From: Octopus sinensis
Taxonomy: Eukaryota
Direction: 5' to 3'
DNA: 64,000 nt
NCBI RefSeq assembly: GCF_006345805.1
Contig: NC_043008.1
Location: 5,518,001 to 5,582,000 of the forward strand
How positions within the stretch are numbered: the first letter of the stretch is position 1; each line of letters opens with the position of its first letter. Below, piece after piece: positions 1 through 12,068 of this stretch. Both the position numbers and the translations under genes were made by a program. A model generated the notes under the pieces. The model did no database searches and was not told the origin of the DNA. It was given only the letters and a program-made list of their open reading frames with translations.

Positions 1-409
1 GTGTGCCCCCTGCAATTTATTTCCTCGTAACTTTCAGAAGAATGGATATGTTTTAATAAAATTCTCTACATATATTCTTAATACGGTGCAGATTCCGATT
101 ATATCGGAATTTGTTTGGGAAAAAGTTTTCCGAACAGAGGGGAGCGGAGTTTCGAAAAATTCCCATATCGGCTTTGTTTCTTCGCCTATGCCAAAACGAA
201 AGCTCGGTTATGCTTCAGACAATGTAGGTTTTGATTATATAGGAATTCGTTAGGGGCAAAAAATGCGGTAAAATAACGAAAGAAAGGTGGACAGGTGCGA
301 TAAAATAATGAAAGAAATATGTTATCAATCATCCAAACGGCTGCTTCATAATTCACATAAACACATTCTGTATAACCGTAGTTTTTCGCCAATACCTTAC
401 AAGCAACAC

Positions 410-444
410 GCACACACACATATATATATATCTATCTATGTGTG

Positions 445-489
<45 letters not shown>

Positions 490-593
490 TAAATATAAAA
501 TATAAATTACAAAGTGGGACAAGAACGCAAAAACACACAGAGACGACACAAAAAACAGACGGGTCACTCGAAGCCTATATATATATACACACG

Positions 594-626
<33 letters not shown>

Positions 627-779
627 TATATTATATATGTGTGTGTATATATACACATATACGTGTGTATATATATATATATAGTGTGTGTGTGTGTATG
701 TATATATATATGTGTATGTATAATATATGTATGTATATTATATATATTGTGTGTGTGTATATATATATATATATATGTG

Positions 780-811
<32 letters not shown>

Positions 812-819
812 AATATATA

Positions 820-877
<58 letters not shown>

Positions 878-1110
878 GTGTGTGTGGTATATATATATAT
901 ATATATGTGTGTATATAATATATATATATTATATATATATATATAATGTATATATATCTATAGTGGTGTGTGTGTATATATATATATATATGTATATATA
1001 TTGTACATATATTTGTGTGTGTATATATATATAGTGTGTGTATATATATATATATACACATATGTGTACATATATATGTATGTATATTTATACACACGCA
1101 CACACACCAA

Positions 1111-1145
<35 letters not shown>

Positions 1146-1180
1146 TATATATATACCACCACATATATATATATATATAC
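410..1180. repeat. Compound (TA)n/(TG)n microsatellite field
   Basis: Directly visible; source of the YI/CV-repeat ORFs. Confidence 0.95.
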
Positions 1181-1289
1181 AACCCTCGGTCATTGGAGTT
1201 CGACTAAGCGCTCCATGGATTCGAACCCATTCGCCACTCTATAACCGGAAATATAATTTTACTTCCAATAAATAAAACGTTTAGAGTGC

Positions 1290-1311
1290 AATAATAATAA
1301 TAATAATAATA

Positions 1312-1346
<35 letters not shown>

Positions 1347-1720
1347 CATAATTCCCCCGGGTCCCTGATCCTCTGACGATAAGACAAGATAAGACGAAGC
1401 CTGAGAGTTTTGGAAGTAAAATGTAAATAAAGAGAATCTCCTCCTTTTACCTTCTCGACTGAACACATGGATGGATTTCCCGGTGACTGTGTTCGACAGC
1501 GACAGAATGACTTTGTAATCTAATTGGTTTAGGAGGTTACGGCAACCTTTCTTCTCCGCTCCTGTGAAATTCATTGCTGGTCTCTGAATTCCTTCAACTG
1601 AGAAACGGCAACATTCCAAAGTGAAACCAATGACATCCGGAAATAGTTCCAAGAAAATGGTTGGTAAAGGGGGGTAACTCGAGATTTAAGATTGCGTTAG
1701 CCACCAGGTGGCATCGTTTA
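1290..1720 (-). mobile_element. Probable LINE 3' fragment ending in an (AAT)n tail
   Basis: Degenerate coding-like segment followed on the minus strand by a long AAT repeat; family not identified. Confidence 0.35.
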
Positions 1721-1744
1721 GGTTGGGGAAAACATCTCGGACCA

Positions 1745-2300
1745 AAGGCAGGAGGAGTTGGCAGAATCGTTAGCGCACCGGGCGAAATGCTTAGCGCTAT
1801 TTCGTCTACCATTACGTCTTGAGTTCAAATTCCGCCGAGGTCGACTTTGCCTTTCATCCTTTCGGGGTCGATAAATTCAGTACCTGTTGCGTATTGGATT
1901 AGAACTAATCGACTGGGCCCCTCCCCAAAGATTTCGAGCCTTGTACCTAGAATAGAAACGAATCTTTTAAAGGCGGCGAGCTGGCAGAATCGTTAGCGCG
2001 CCGGACGAAATGCTGAGCGGTAGTTCGTCTGTCTTTATGTTCTGAGTTCAAATTCCGCCAAGGTCGACTTTGCCTTTCATCCTTTCGGGGTCGAGTAAAT
2101 AAGTACCAGTTACGCACTGGGTCGATGTAATCGACTTAATCCGTTTGTCTGTCCTTGTTTGTCCTCTCTGTGTTTAGTCCCTTGAGGGTAGTAAAGAAAT
2201 AAGTATTCCGTCTGCCGTTACGTTCTGAGTTCAAATTCCGCCGAGGTCGTCTTTGCCTTTCATCCTTTCGGGGTCGATTAAATAAATACCAGTTACGCAT
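1745..2300 (+). mobile_element. Three tandem tRNA-derived SINE copies (head GGCGGCGAGCTGGCAGAATCGTTAG...GAGTTCAAATTCC), two tail types
   Basis: A/B-box-like head and shared core; further copies at about 16745-16945(-), 38020-38225(+), 39045-39430(-, two tandem), 45088-45325(+), 58990-59225(+). Confidence 0.85.
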
Positions 2301-2324
2301 GTATGTATATATATATGTGTGTGT

Positions 2325-2620
2325 GTGGAGGCGCAATGGCCCAGTGGTTAGGGCAGCAGGATCGCGGTTTCGATTCCCAGACCGGGCATTGTGAGTGTTT
2401 ATTGAGCGAAAATACCTAAAGCCCCACGAGGCAGGGGGGGGGGGTGCGATCCATGCTGTACTCTTTCGCCACAACTTTCTCTCACTCTTTCTTCTGTTGG
2501 CCTGCTCGCTTAGCCAGCGGGGTGGGCGTCATTTGAAGGCTAAAACAATGCGAAGCGCATTGTGACCAACGATGTGTAGCAACATCTAATAGCCTGGTTG
2601 GTCACGGTGATCATGGTGAT
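2325..2620 (+). mobile_element. tRNA-derived SINE (head GGAGGCGCAATGGCCCAGTGG...GGTTTCGATTCC), tail type A
   Basis: A/B boxes; second copy with the same tail at 40038-40310(-). Confidence 0.8.
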
Positions 2621-2634
2621 ATATATATATACAT

Positions 2635-2716
<82 letters not shown>

Positions 2717-2755
2717 TATATATATATATATACACATACACACATATACATATAA

Positions 2756-3790
2756 TAGGTAGTCCATCAGTGCCTGATGATGACAAAGTCTGTGTTGCCA
2801 GCAATGAGAGTGGTCATGACCCTGCAGTACAAATCTGGAGGCACACTGGCGCCCACGGATGTCACAGCAATAGTCTGTTGACTTGATTGAGGCAGATACT
2901 GCCCTGTGATGTCGTTTTCTTGCAGCATCAAGATTCTGTTACCGATCCTCTTCAAAGGCTGCTGCTGTTGCTGTTGCTGTTGAGCGAACGGTCTTCGTCC
3001 CAGAGCTCGCAAGATGGGAGAAGTCCGAAACGTGGTCCTTTGCTATTCGTAAGACCCGCAGAAGAGAAAGCAAGTCAACCCCCGACACCGAGAGCATCGA
3101 CGGATGGATGAATGCACATCCAGGTTCAGCGGTTGCGTAGGAAGTCGGGGACAAGAAACAAGAAGAAAGAGTGAGAGAAAGATGGAGCGAAAAAGTACAA
3201 CAGGGGTCACGACCACCCCCTGCCGGAGCCTCGTGGAGCTTTAGGTGTTTTCGCTCTATAAACACACACAACCCCTGGTCTGGGAATCGAAACCGCGATC
3301 CTCCGACCACGAGTCCGCTGCCCTAACCATTAGGCCATTGTGCCTCCACGGCAGCTGCTGCTCATGAGATGAGAGACTGATCTGTCGACAGCAGAGGCTT
3401 CAAGCTCATCTGCTCCAATGCTTCTCCATTTGAGGTTACTTTTCAAAGTGTCTTTGTACCTCGGTTTAGGTTTTCCTCATTTTGCATGAGCCCTGCATGA
3501 GCTCAACACACAACAGCTGCCTGGGTGACACGGTTGTCAGTCATTCTGATGACATGGCCAGTCCAGCGTCGCTGAGCCTTCAGCAACATTGACTCAGTAC
3601 TTCTTGATTCGTCACACTGTCCTTCCAGCAAATGCCCACCATCCCGTGCAGTGTCCTTGTCTGAGATTGTTCCAGCTATTTGATGTGTCAACAGTATGGG
3701 GTCCATACTAGCGACTAGCCTCACCCACAAGATACTAACCCTCCCTGAATGCTCCAAGGGGATATAAAAAGGAACGAACAAAAAGGCATC
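2756..3790 (-). mobile_element. RTE-clade LINE 3' fragment (degenerate ORF C-terminus), interrupted by a SINE
   Basis: RRWTGHVIRM, KPRYKDTLKSNLK, AAAFEEDR and a C-terminal CxxC..H finger in frameshifted pieces. Confidence 0.8.
2961..3349 (-). mobile_element. tRNA-derived SINE, same head as 2325-2620 but tail type B ending in (CAACAG)n
   Basis: Head at 3349; homologous copy at about 57220-57590(-). Confidence 0.8.
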
Positions 3791-3830
3791 GGAGGGGCGA
3801 TGCATATCCGACGCTCACACAAGGATAAAA

Positions 3831-4211
3831 TCTTTATATATAAAAGAGAAGTTGTGTCTGTCTCCTACGATTTAGATTCCTAACTACTCCCACATTTTGC
3901 GGTGCAGTTTAACCAAAACCGGGTATCTTATAGTCGTGATTCATATCGAGCCCTTCTGGGTATTAGCGCGCGTCTACGATGAGTCTACGATGAGTCTACG
4001 ATTTTTAAAAAAATTTACCATTTTAATGCATTTTTCGCTATTATATAAGGGAAGTAACTCTCTAAAAATGTCAACGATTTAAAAAAAATTTACCATCATT
4101 TTTTTTCCATTTTTAATACATTTTTTTGCTATTTATTTGTTATAACTCTCTAAAAATGCTTATATAGTTATTTCCCTTAGAAACCCGAGCAACGCCGGGC
4201 GATACTGCTAG
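3831..4211 (+). mobile_element. Non-autonomous Helitron
   Basis: 5'-TC...CTAG-3' between A and T, subterminal hairpin CCCG-AGCAACGC-CGGG, no TSD. Confidence 0.85.
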
Positions 4212-4516
4212 TAAAATATAATTTCATTTAATATATTCTCAGACGAATTCATTTTTCAACAAAATTACATCAAGAGTTATTTCCCCTGCTTATCATTTAT
4301 GTTTATGTGACAAAGGTCGGGGGAAAAAACATTTTGATTCACTTGTCCGCCAATTTTGAAAAAATTCAAGCCAAAACAATGAATTCGAGCCACTCACCCA
4401 ATGAGCATTTCTGCAAAATTTGACGAAAATCCATTCTGTCGTTTTTCAGTAATTTTGAGAACAGACAGACAGACAGACTTAGACGAGCGACTGCAATATC
4501 CTGCTTTCGCTTACGT

Positions 4517-5019
4517 GCAGTATCGCCCGGCGTTGCTCGGGTTTGTAAGGGAAATAACTATACAGCATTTTTAGAGAGTTATAGCCAAAAAATAGCAAAA
4601 AAATTTATTAAAAATGGAAAAAAATTATGGTAAATTTTTTTTTAAATCGTTGACTCATCGTAGACATTTTTAGAGTTACTTCCCTTATATAATAGCGAAA
4701 AAATGCGTTAAAATGGAACAAATGATGGTAAACTTTTTTTAAATCGTTGACTCATCGTAGACATTTTTAGAGAGTTACTTCCCTTATATAATAACGAAAA
4801 AAAATGGAATAAAATGGGAAAAAATGATGGTAATTTTTTTTTTTAATCGTAGACTCATCGTAGACTCATCGTAGACGCGCGCTAATACCCAGAAGGGCTC
4901 GATATGAATCACGACTATAAGATACCCGGTTTTGGTTAAACTGCACCGCAAAATGTGGGAGTAGTTAGGAATCTAAATCGTAGGAGACAGACACACAACC
5001 TTACTTTTATATATAAAGA
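4517..5019 (-). mobile_element. Non-autonomous Helitron, same family, with an extra internal unit and missing the terminal CTAG
   Basis: Reverse complement of 3831-4211. Confidence 0.85.
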
Positions 5020-5027
5020 TATATATT

Positions 5028-5227
5028 TTTTTTACTTGTTTCAGTCATTTGACTGCGGCCATGCTGGAGCACCGCCTTTAGTCGAGCAAATCGACCCCGG
5101 GACTTATTCTTTGTAAGCCTAGTACTTATTCTATCGGTATCTATTGCCGAACCGCTAGGTGACGGGGACGTACACGCACCAGCATCGGTTGTCAAGCAAT
5201 GCTAGGGGGACAAACACAGACACACAA

Positions 5228-5302
<75 letters not shown>

Positions 5303-5468
5303 TACGACAGGCTTCTTTCAGTTTCCGTCTACCAAATCCACTCACAAGGCATTGGTCGACCCGGGGCTATAGCAGAACACACTTGCCCAAGATGCCACGC
5401 AGTGGGACTGAACCCGGAACCATGTGGTTGGTTAGCCAGCTACTTACCACACAGCCATTCCTGCACCT
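5028..5468 (-). mobile_element. tRNA-derived SINE (head TAGGCGCAGGAGTGGCTGTGTGG...GGTTCAGTCCC) with internal microsatellite
   Basis: Near-identical full copy at 60495-60899(+); others at about 32045-32418(-), 49040-49425(-), 59220-59630(-); partials at 13610-14130, 18545-18725, 31530-31670. Confidence 0.9.
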
Positions 5469-5524
5469 TATATGTTAAATATAAAAGGAACATCATAAAA
5501 TATAATAAATGTGTGTGTGAACAT

Positions 5525-6080
5525 ATTGGGTCGTCCCATAGATAATGTTTTTTTTTCAATTGCATGAACTAAAAGTTGGAGGGGGATGGGATAAACTACC
5601 TGCATCAACTTGCTATAAATGCAGGAAGTAATTTTACCTTGTGCTTATTCTTAGTGCAAGTTTTGAAGAGTGCAGTTAGATTTTAACAGTTATTTTTTTT
5701 TTTCAAAGCTACAATGGAAGTGGCAAAGGACCATATTCGCCATATTTTGCTTTATGAGTTCTATGAAGGCATCATGGCAACAGAAAGTGCGAGGAATATT
5801 AATGCAGTCTATGGAGATCGAACGATAAGTGTAAGCCAGTGTCAATGGTGGTTCTAGAAATTCTGAGATGGAAACTACAGCCTAGAAGACGAGACTCATC
5901 CTGGAAGATCTGTAGAGCTCAATGATGACGTCCTGCAAACCCTGGTGGAACAAAATCCCATCATAACTGTTGAGGAACTAGCAGAGAAGCTTGGATTTGG
6001 TCATTGGACCATTCATTGACACCTGCATGCCATAAAAAAAAGTCGGCAAATTGGATCAATGGGTTCCTCACAAACTTTCT
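5525..6080 (+). mobile_element. Truncated mariner, 5' half, decayed transposase
   Basis: TIR-like end TATTGGG..., ATG at 5714 giving MEVAKDHIRHILLYEF...AVYG...PGRS...WVPHKL with stops. Confidence 0.8.
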
Positions 6081-6461
6081 AAGCCTTCTTAGAGTCTATC
6101 CAGGCCACAGGAAGATGTTCTTCCCTGTTGTGACAACCAGCAAGAAGCATTTTGTCATCATCATCATCATTGTTTAAATCCATTTTGTACATCAGCGTAA
6201 ATTTTATTGTTAATGATGAAAGTATACGTGCATTCCATTAGGACAGATTTAAAAAAGAAAAAAACATTGTTGTAAGGAATGTTATGGGTCTGTTGTTCTG
6301 AAGAATTTGTTTCATCATTTTTGTAGAGCTAAAAGAGGGTTATTATTGACAACTATTCTGGGGTCATTTACGTTTTTTTTATATGAGGGAATCCTGAAAA
6401 GTTTTGGGCTTAGAGTAAAAGAAAATACAGAAGGATTAGTTAATTATGATTTTATTTAATA

Positions 6462-6861
6462 CTAGCAGTATCGCCCGGCGTCGCTCGGATTTGTAAGGGA
6501 AATAACTATATAAGCATTTTTAGAGAGTTATAGCCAAAAAATAGCAAAAAAATGCATTAAAAATGGAAAAAAATTATGGTAAATTTTTTTTAAATCGTTG
6601 ACTCATCGTAGACATTTTTAGAGAGTTACTTCACTTATATGATAGCGTAAAAAATGCATTAAAATGGAAAAAAATGATGGTACTTATTTTTTAAAATCGT
6701 AGACTCATCGTAGACGCGCGCTAATACCCAGAAGTGCTCGATATGAATCACGAATATAAGATACCCGGTTTTGGTTAAACTGCAACGCAAAATGTGGGAG
6801 TAGTTAGGAATCTAAATCGTAGGAGACAGACAGCACACAACCTTACTTTTATATATAAAGA
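6462..6861 (-). mobile_element. Non-autonomous Helitron, third copy, inserted into a mariner-like MITE remnant (about 6385-6925)
   Basis: A|TC...CTAG|T termini on the minus strand. Confidence 0.85.
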
Positions 6862-7289
6862 TATTCCCCTCTCAGATTCCCACACTTATTGCAACATTCC
6901 TTCAGTTTTTCTAAGCCTTGTAAAAGTAATTGTTACAACGTAATTACAAGGGGGTGCTGAAAAGTTCCTGGCTTTAAGGGTCTCATAAAAGGCCTGGTTG
7001 GAGGCCTGACATACATACATTGCTTCTCAACTAATGTTGGTGTGTTTACGTCCCCATAAATTATCAGCTTCACAAAAGAGTCCGAGAGAATGGGTACTTG
7101 GGTTCGATTCCTTTATGCGAAGCCTACAAGATTTAGTATGTGTGTTACATGGTGTTGATTCAGTAATTATCGACCACCTTTAATTATACTCAATTTTAGA
7201 CTCTTTGAGGCGTTTAATGTATGATGCTAATGTCGTGGAATTTTTTTATATTGGGGTGAATAAATGAATTCTTGTGTCCCCTATATCTA

Positions 7290-8551
7290 TTGGGTTGTCC
7301 GGAAAGTTCGTGCTGATTTATAAGAGCTTACCTTTCGACTTATTTTAGAACAAGTTTGAGTCCATAAAATAGGATTTGACTACACCTCCATTTAGGGCAC
7401 AGTTTAAGCTATCTTTTCGTGGAAGATGGTTTATGTTCCTATAAACTGTGTTAATTCTGTAACCCTTTAAAATGGAAGATAAGAAAGTTCATTTTCGGCA
7501 TTTGATGCTTTTCTTTCTCCGTAAAGGGAAAATGCCTCACAAGCAACCAAAGAAATATGCGCAGTTTACGGTGATGTTTCTTTATCCGAAAGAACTGTAC
7601 GGAAGTGGTTTGCAAGTTCCGAGCTGGAGATTGTAGCCTTATTGATAAAGAGCGATCAGGCAGACCATCCACTACAGATGATGACCAAATCAAGTCATTG
7701 AGAATAACCCACATTGCACAAACCGAGAATTGGCAGAAAGCCTCAACCTAACAAAATCCGTCGTTCATGAGCACCTGGTAAAGCTTGGGTACACAAATCA
7801 CTATGATGTTTGGGTACCACATGAGTTGAGTGAGAAGAACCTTTTGAATCACATTTCCATCTGTGATTTGCTTTATAAATGGAATGAAACCACGCCTTTT
7901 TTAAATGCAAATTGTGACAGGTGATGAGAAATGAATTATCTACTAAAATGTTCAGAGAAAGCGATCCTGGAGTAAGCGACATGAACCGCCCTTAGCCACC
8001 CCAAAAGCGTGTCTTCATCCTAAAAATGTCTTGCTTTGTGTCTGGTGGGATTGGAAAGGAATTCTGTACTATGAGCTTCTCCCAAGTAACCAGACAATTA
8101 ATTCTAAGAAATACTGCACACAATTGGACGAGTTAAAAGCAGCAATTCAAGAGAAACGTCCAGAATTGGCCAACAGGGTGTTGTTTTCCAACATGATAAT
8201 GCAAGACCGCACGTTTCTTTGGGAACCAGACAAAATTTGCTGCAGCTCGGCTGGGATGTGTTATCCCACCCTCCATATTCACTTCGGATTTCCACTTATT
8301 CAGGTCTCTGCAGAATAGTCTTAATAGTAAAAATTTCAATTCCTTGGATGACGTAAAAAGATACCTTGATGAATTCTTTGCCATGAAACCACCTCAATTC
8401 TGGGAAGAGGGTATTTTCAAGTTAAAGGAAAGATGGATACGCATTGTGCAACAAAATGGTTCATATTTAGTTGATTAAAAATGTAATGGCAAGTATTTAT
8501 TGACCTTTTCCTTTCCTTTAAAAATCGGCACGAACTTTCCAGACAACCCAA
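7290..8551 (+). mobile_element. Near-full-length mariner transposon, pseudogenized transposase
   Basis: About 30-bp TIRs TTGGGTTGTCCGGAAAGTTCGTG / CACGAACTTTCCAGACAACCCAA, TA TSD at both ends, 1262 bp, WVPHEL and LCVWWDWKGILYYELL motifs in broken frames. Confidence 0.93.
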
Positions 8552-8643
8552 TATTTTTTTAATCAATAGTACTCCCTATATAAATTTTCCTATGTCACAT
8601 AGGGCTTACTGATCTAACTTCACATATATACTGAACTAACTTC

Positions 8644-8677
<34 letters not shown>

Positions 8678-8681
<4 letters not shown>

Positions 8682-9015
8682 TAAGCAATAAGGGTTTAGC
8701 AACGAGTTGCCTTACCACATACCGAATTTAGAAATAGCAGTCAAAGGGTTATAGCTATTTCTTCTACTAAAAAGGGAGATCTCAGTAAAAACAGCTGTTT
8801 TTACTGAGATCTCCCTTTTTAGTAGAAGAAATAGCTATAACCCTTTGACTGCTATTTCTAAATTCGGTATGTGGTAAGGCAACTCGTTGCTAAACCCTTA
8901 TTGCTTAGTATTACTTAAATTTTCCTCGAATGAGGCTTTTACATGCCGAAGACTACTTGGTGTAATTGATAATTTTTCCAAATTAATTAATTTCACCCTT
9001 CATTATTACGGATAA

Positions 9016-9020
<5 letters not shown>
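8678..9020. repeat. Element containing a perfect 234-bp palindrome (8678-8911) with a unique right extension, embedded in (TA)n
   Basis: Arms checked base by base; centre ACAG|CTGT at 8794/8795. Confidence 0.9.
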
Positions 9021-9049
<29 letters not shown>

Positions 9050-9292
9050 TCATCATCATCATCATTTAACGTCCGCCTTCCATGATGGCTGCACCAGGCT
9101 CCAATCTTGATCTGGCAGAGTTTCTACAGCTGGATGCCCTTCCTAACGCCAACCACTCCGAGAGTGTAGTGGGTGCTTTTTACGTGCCACCGGCACGGAA
9201 GGCAGTTGGCTGCTCTGGGAACGATCATGCTCAGATGGTGCTCTTGGCACCCTACTAGCACGGGCACAGGTGCCAGTGTGTGTGTGTATATG

Positions 9293-9367
<75 letters not shown>

Positions 9368-9399
9368 TGTATATACATCCATACTTATATGCATGTATG

Positions 9400-9650
9400 T
9401 ATGAGTGTCATATCTGTCGGGCATGTGGAAGAGAGTGTAATTCGGCAGGAGGACTTAAACGACATGCAAAGGTACATGAAGCCCAGTTACAACAACAGCC
9501 GGCTATTACGGGTAAAGGTTTTAGTTGCCAATTTTGTACAAGACATTGTAGATCTTTAGCTGGGCTAAAAAGTCACATTCGATCACAGCACAAATAACGG
9601 CTGAGCTTCGTGCAATGGCCATACTCGATAACGAGGGGGCAGCCATAATG
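9400..9650 (+). mobile_element. RTE LINE 3' end with tandem C2H2-like fingers
   Basis: CRACGRECNSAGGLKRHAKVH...CQFCTRHCRSLAGLKSHIRSQHK* then short tail GGCCATACTCGATAACGAGGGGGCAGCC; homolog at 48664-48935. Confidence 0.75.
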
Positions 9651-10029
9651 TAATGTATGCATATACACCCCACGGTCGCCAGCGCCTTTTTAGTTTTCAT
9701 ATTCATTTACTACATGTTGTTGTACATCTATTACACTATTAAAAAATTTGGGGGGGGGGACTGTGGTGAGACGACTTGGAACAATCACGATGTGAATTTT
9801 CCGAGTCCTCTCCCCCGTCTCCGTTCACCAGCGCGCATTTTTTTTTGCTCATATTCGTTTAGAGCAAGTTGTTTTGCACCTATTACACTAATTTTTTTTG
9901 GCGTAAATTCGGTATAGGTACCGGATACATTTCAAGAAAGTGTTGTTTTTTAATATATATATGGGGGGGGGGTAAGGGTTTGTGTTAGGGGTGGGAGAAA
10001 AGGGTTTCTGTTATCTTCAGAAATGTAAA

Positions 10030-10450
10030 CAAAGCCACTTCCGGTACTTACGGTACCTATACCGAAGGATCGCCATTTTTTTTTTTTTTGTTTTTTTGCT
10101 CGGGTTCAAACCCTTGAGTTTGACCAAATTTGTCTGTTATATATTCAAAGCGAACGGTAATAATTTTCTGAAATACTGTTCTGAATATATTACAGTGTTT
10201 TCGATGCATTTTGAAGTTATTTAACTGATATAATTTTTGTAAATACATTTTATAAAAAAAAATGTATTTATTTTTTACTCAAATTCAAAAGTTTAAAAAT
10301 ATTACACATTCCGCCCCGCCCACCCTAACTAACTTTTCCTGTTTGCATCACCAAACTTTTATGTATATAGATGTCTAGTATATATTTTAGTTCTCAAGTT
10401 TTTGATTCGAAATACACGCAGCATGGCGGCGATTTTTCGCTTTAGGCACA
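10030..10450. promoter_or_regulatory. Candidate housekeeping-type promoter motifs
   Basis: ACTTCCGG (ETS-like), CGCCATTTT and ATGGCGGCG (YY1-like), CCGCCCCGCCC (GC box) in locally CpG-richer DNA 1.4-1.8 kb upstream of putative exon 1. Confidence 0.3.
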
Positions 10451-10835
10451 TAATTGTGACAATGAAAATGATAGAAAATAAAGACGTACAAAAATAAACT
10501 TGGCTATTCTGAATTAGCGGAACGAATAATGCTTAAAAATAAGTTATTAAATATTACTAAAAACTTTTTTTTCGTTAATCAACAACAAAATCTAGTTAAT
10601 TTATAAAGAATATACTGTAGAAAATAAAATATTTGTTATCAGAACAAAGGAAGCATGTAAAAGTATTAACTAAGTGATAATTCATTCCGAAAAGAAAACA
10701 AAATATTTGAAATTATGAATGGAATTTTGTGTGTTTAACGACTTATGTCCCTAATTTTTAATCTTGCACTATTTTGTCTTTAAAGCGTAAGATAATAAGT
10801 AGATTATTTTTGTTTGATCGTGGAAACATATATAT

Positions 10836-10874
<39 letters not shown>

Positions 10875-11419
10875 ATATAATCAAAATTTTTAATTGCATT
10901 TTCCACATTTTTTAGTTTTTCCTTAAAAGGGAGATAACCAAAAGATTAACTAAAAAAAACGGTGTTTCGATTGTTGGTGATGATGAAAAATAGTCCAGGT
11001 TCCGTTATCCGTTTCTGCGGCATTTCTCAATTTATGCACAAACTTTAAATTAATATAATAATCAAAAAATTACAATAGCAATATTCTGAAGATCATTTTA
11101 TTAAAATCTTCTCGGTTTTGATACAGAATTACCAAGAATTTCTAGAACGGAAGGATGTAATTGTGAAATAAAGCACCCTGTCCATGTAACAATTACGCTA
11201 GACAGAGTATATGTTGGTTTGTTGTTAATAACGATCAGACAAGTAAAGAATTAACTAATTAATTTTGTGATAAATATAAACACACATGTATATATTTGTG
11301 TGTGTATTTATTTATTTTAACGTAAGCGTGCGATTGTAGGATCAGAGGATAGAACAGCAGCAAATGGACCAACCGCAATTTTTTCTCCTCCTCAAACACA
11401 TGTGAACAGAAATTGGGCG

Positions 11420-11775
11420 CGCTCCATCCTCTCACTCACTCACTCCCTCACTCCCTTACTTACTCACTCACTCACTCCCTTACTTACTCACTTACTCACT
11501 CCTTCACTCCCTTACTTACTTACTCACTCAGTCACTCCTTCAATCTCTCATTCACTCCCTCACTCACTCGCTTACTTACTCCCTCACTCCCTTACTCACT
11601 CTCTCCCTTACTTACTTACTCCTTCACTCACTCACCCTCTCTCTCTCTGTCTATCAATCTATCTATCTCTCTCTCTCTTCCTCTCTTGTTCGCCAAGGAG
11701 GAATCCCGCACGTTGTCCTCTCTCTCTCTGCTTCTCTCTTTCTGTCTCCTTCTCTCTCTCTCTCTCTCTCATTGT
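11420..11775. repeat. Degenerate CTCA/CTTA/CTCC tetranucleotide array followed by (CT)n
   Basis: Directly visible, immediately upstream of putative exon 1. Confidence 0.9.
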
Positions 11776-11880
11776 CTCATATTATACATAATCACTCTCT
11801 GCCGCTCTTCTCGCACGTTCGTCTTGTTCTTTGTTTCCATATTCCTTCTTCTTTGACACTAAAATCACAATTTATACAAA

Positions 11881-11970
11881 ATGACAATGAAACGAGGCAA
11901 AGGACAAAATAAAAAAAAATCACAAGAAAAATCTTCTCCGCAAAAAACCAACGAAATGACTGCAGCTCTG
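11881..11970 (+). CDS. Probable first coding exon (exon 1) of ZFR-like DZF gene: MTMKRGKGQNKKKSQEKSSPQKTNEMTAAL
   Basis: ATG with A at -3, in-frame TAA 21 nt upstream, GTAAAG donor at 11971, phase 0 matching the acceptor at 27975; non-repetitive CpG-containing context. No homology support for this peptide. Confidence 0.55.
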
Positions 11971-12022
11971 GTAAAGACTTTCGCCTTTCCTTTATATACA
12001 TCTCTCTTTAATCGCGCGCGTG

Positions 12023-12068
<46 letters not shown>

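Noticed and set aside
1180-1250. tRNA gene candidates (also 18421-18497, 46928-47000 and SINE heads)
   Set aside because: Only box-like motifs, no complete cloverleaf; treated as SINE-type heads
186-1275. Many YI/CV-repeat ORFs (also at 9.1-9.4, 12.0-12.6, 23.6-24.0, 55.5-55.9 and 60.4 kb)
   Set aside because: Translations of (TA)n/(TG)n/(GA)n microsatellites
8922-8955. CGAATGA-GGC(8)GCC-GAAGAC next to the perfect palindrome
   Set aside because: Both catalytic strands deviate and no stem I/III was found; worth rechecking only at consensus level
9280-9597. C2H2 ORF as the missing ZFR zinc-finger exon or a host ZNF gene
   Set aside because: Ends in a stop followed by an RTE-type tail, has a homolog at 48.7 kb, and lacks the ZFR finger pattern (C..C...C...H......H)
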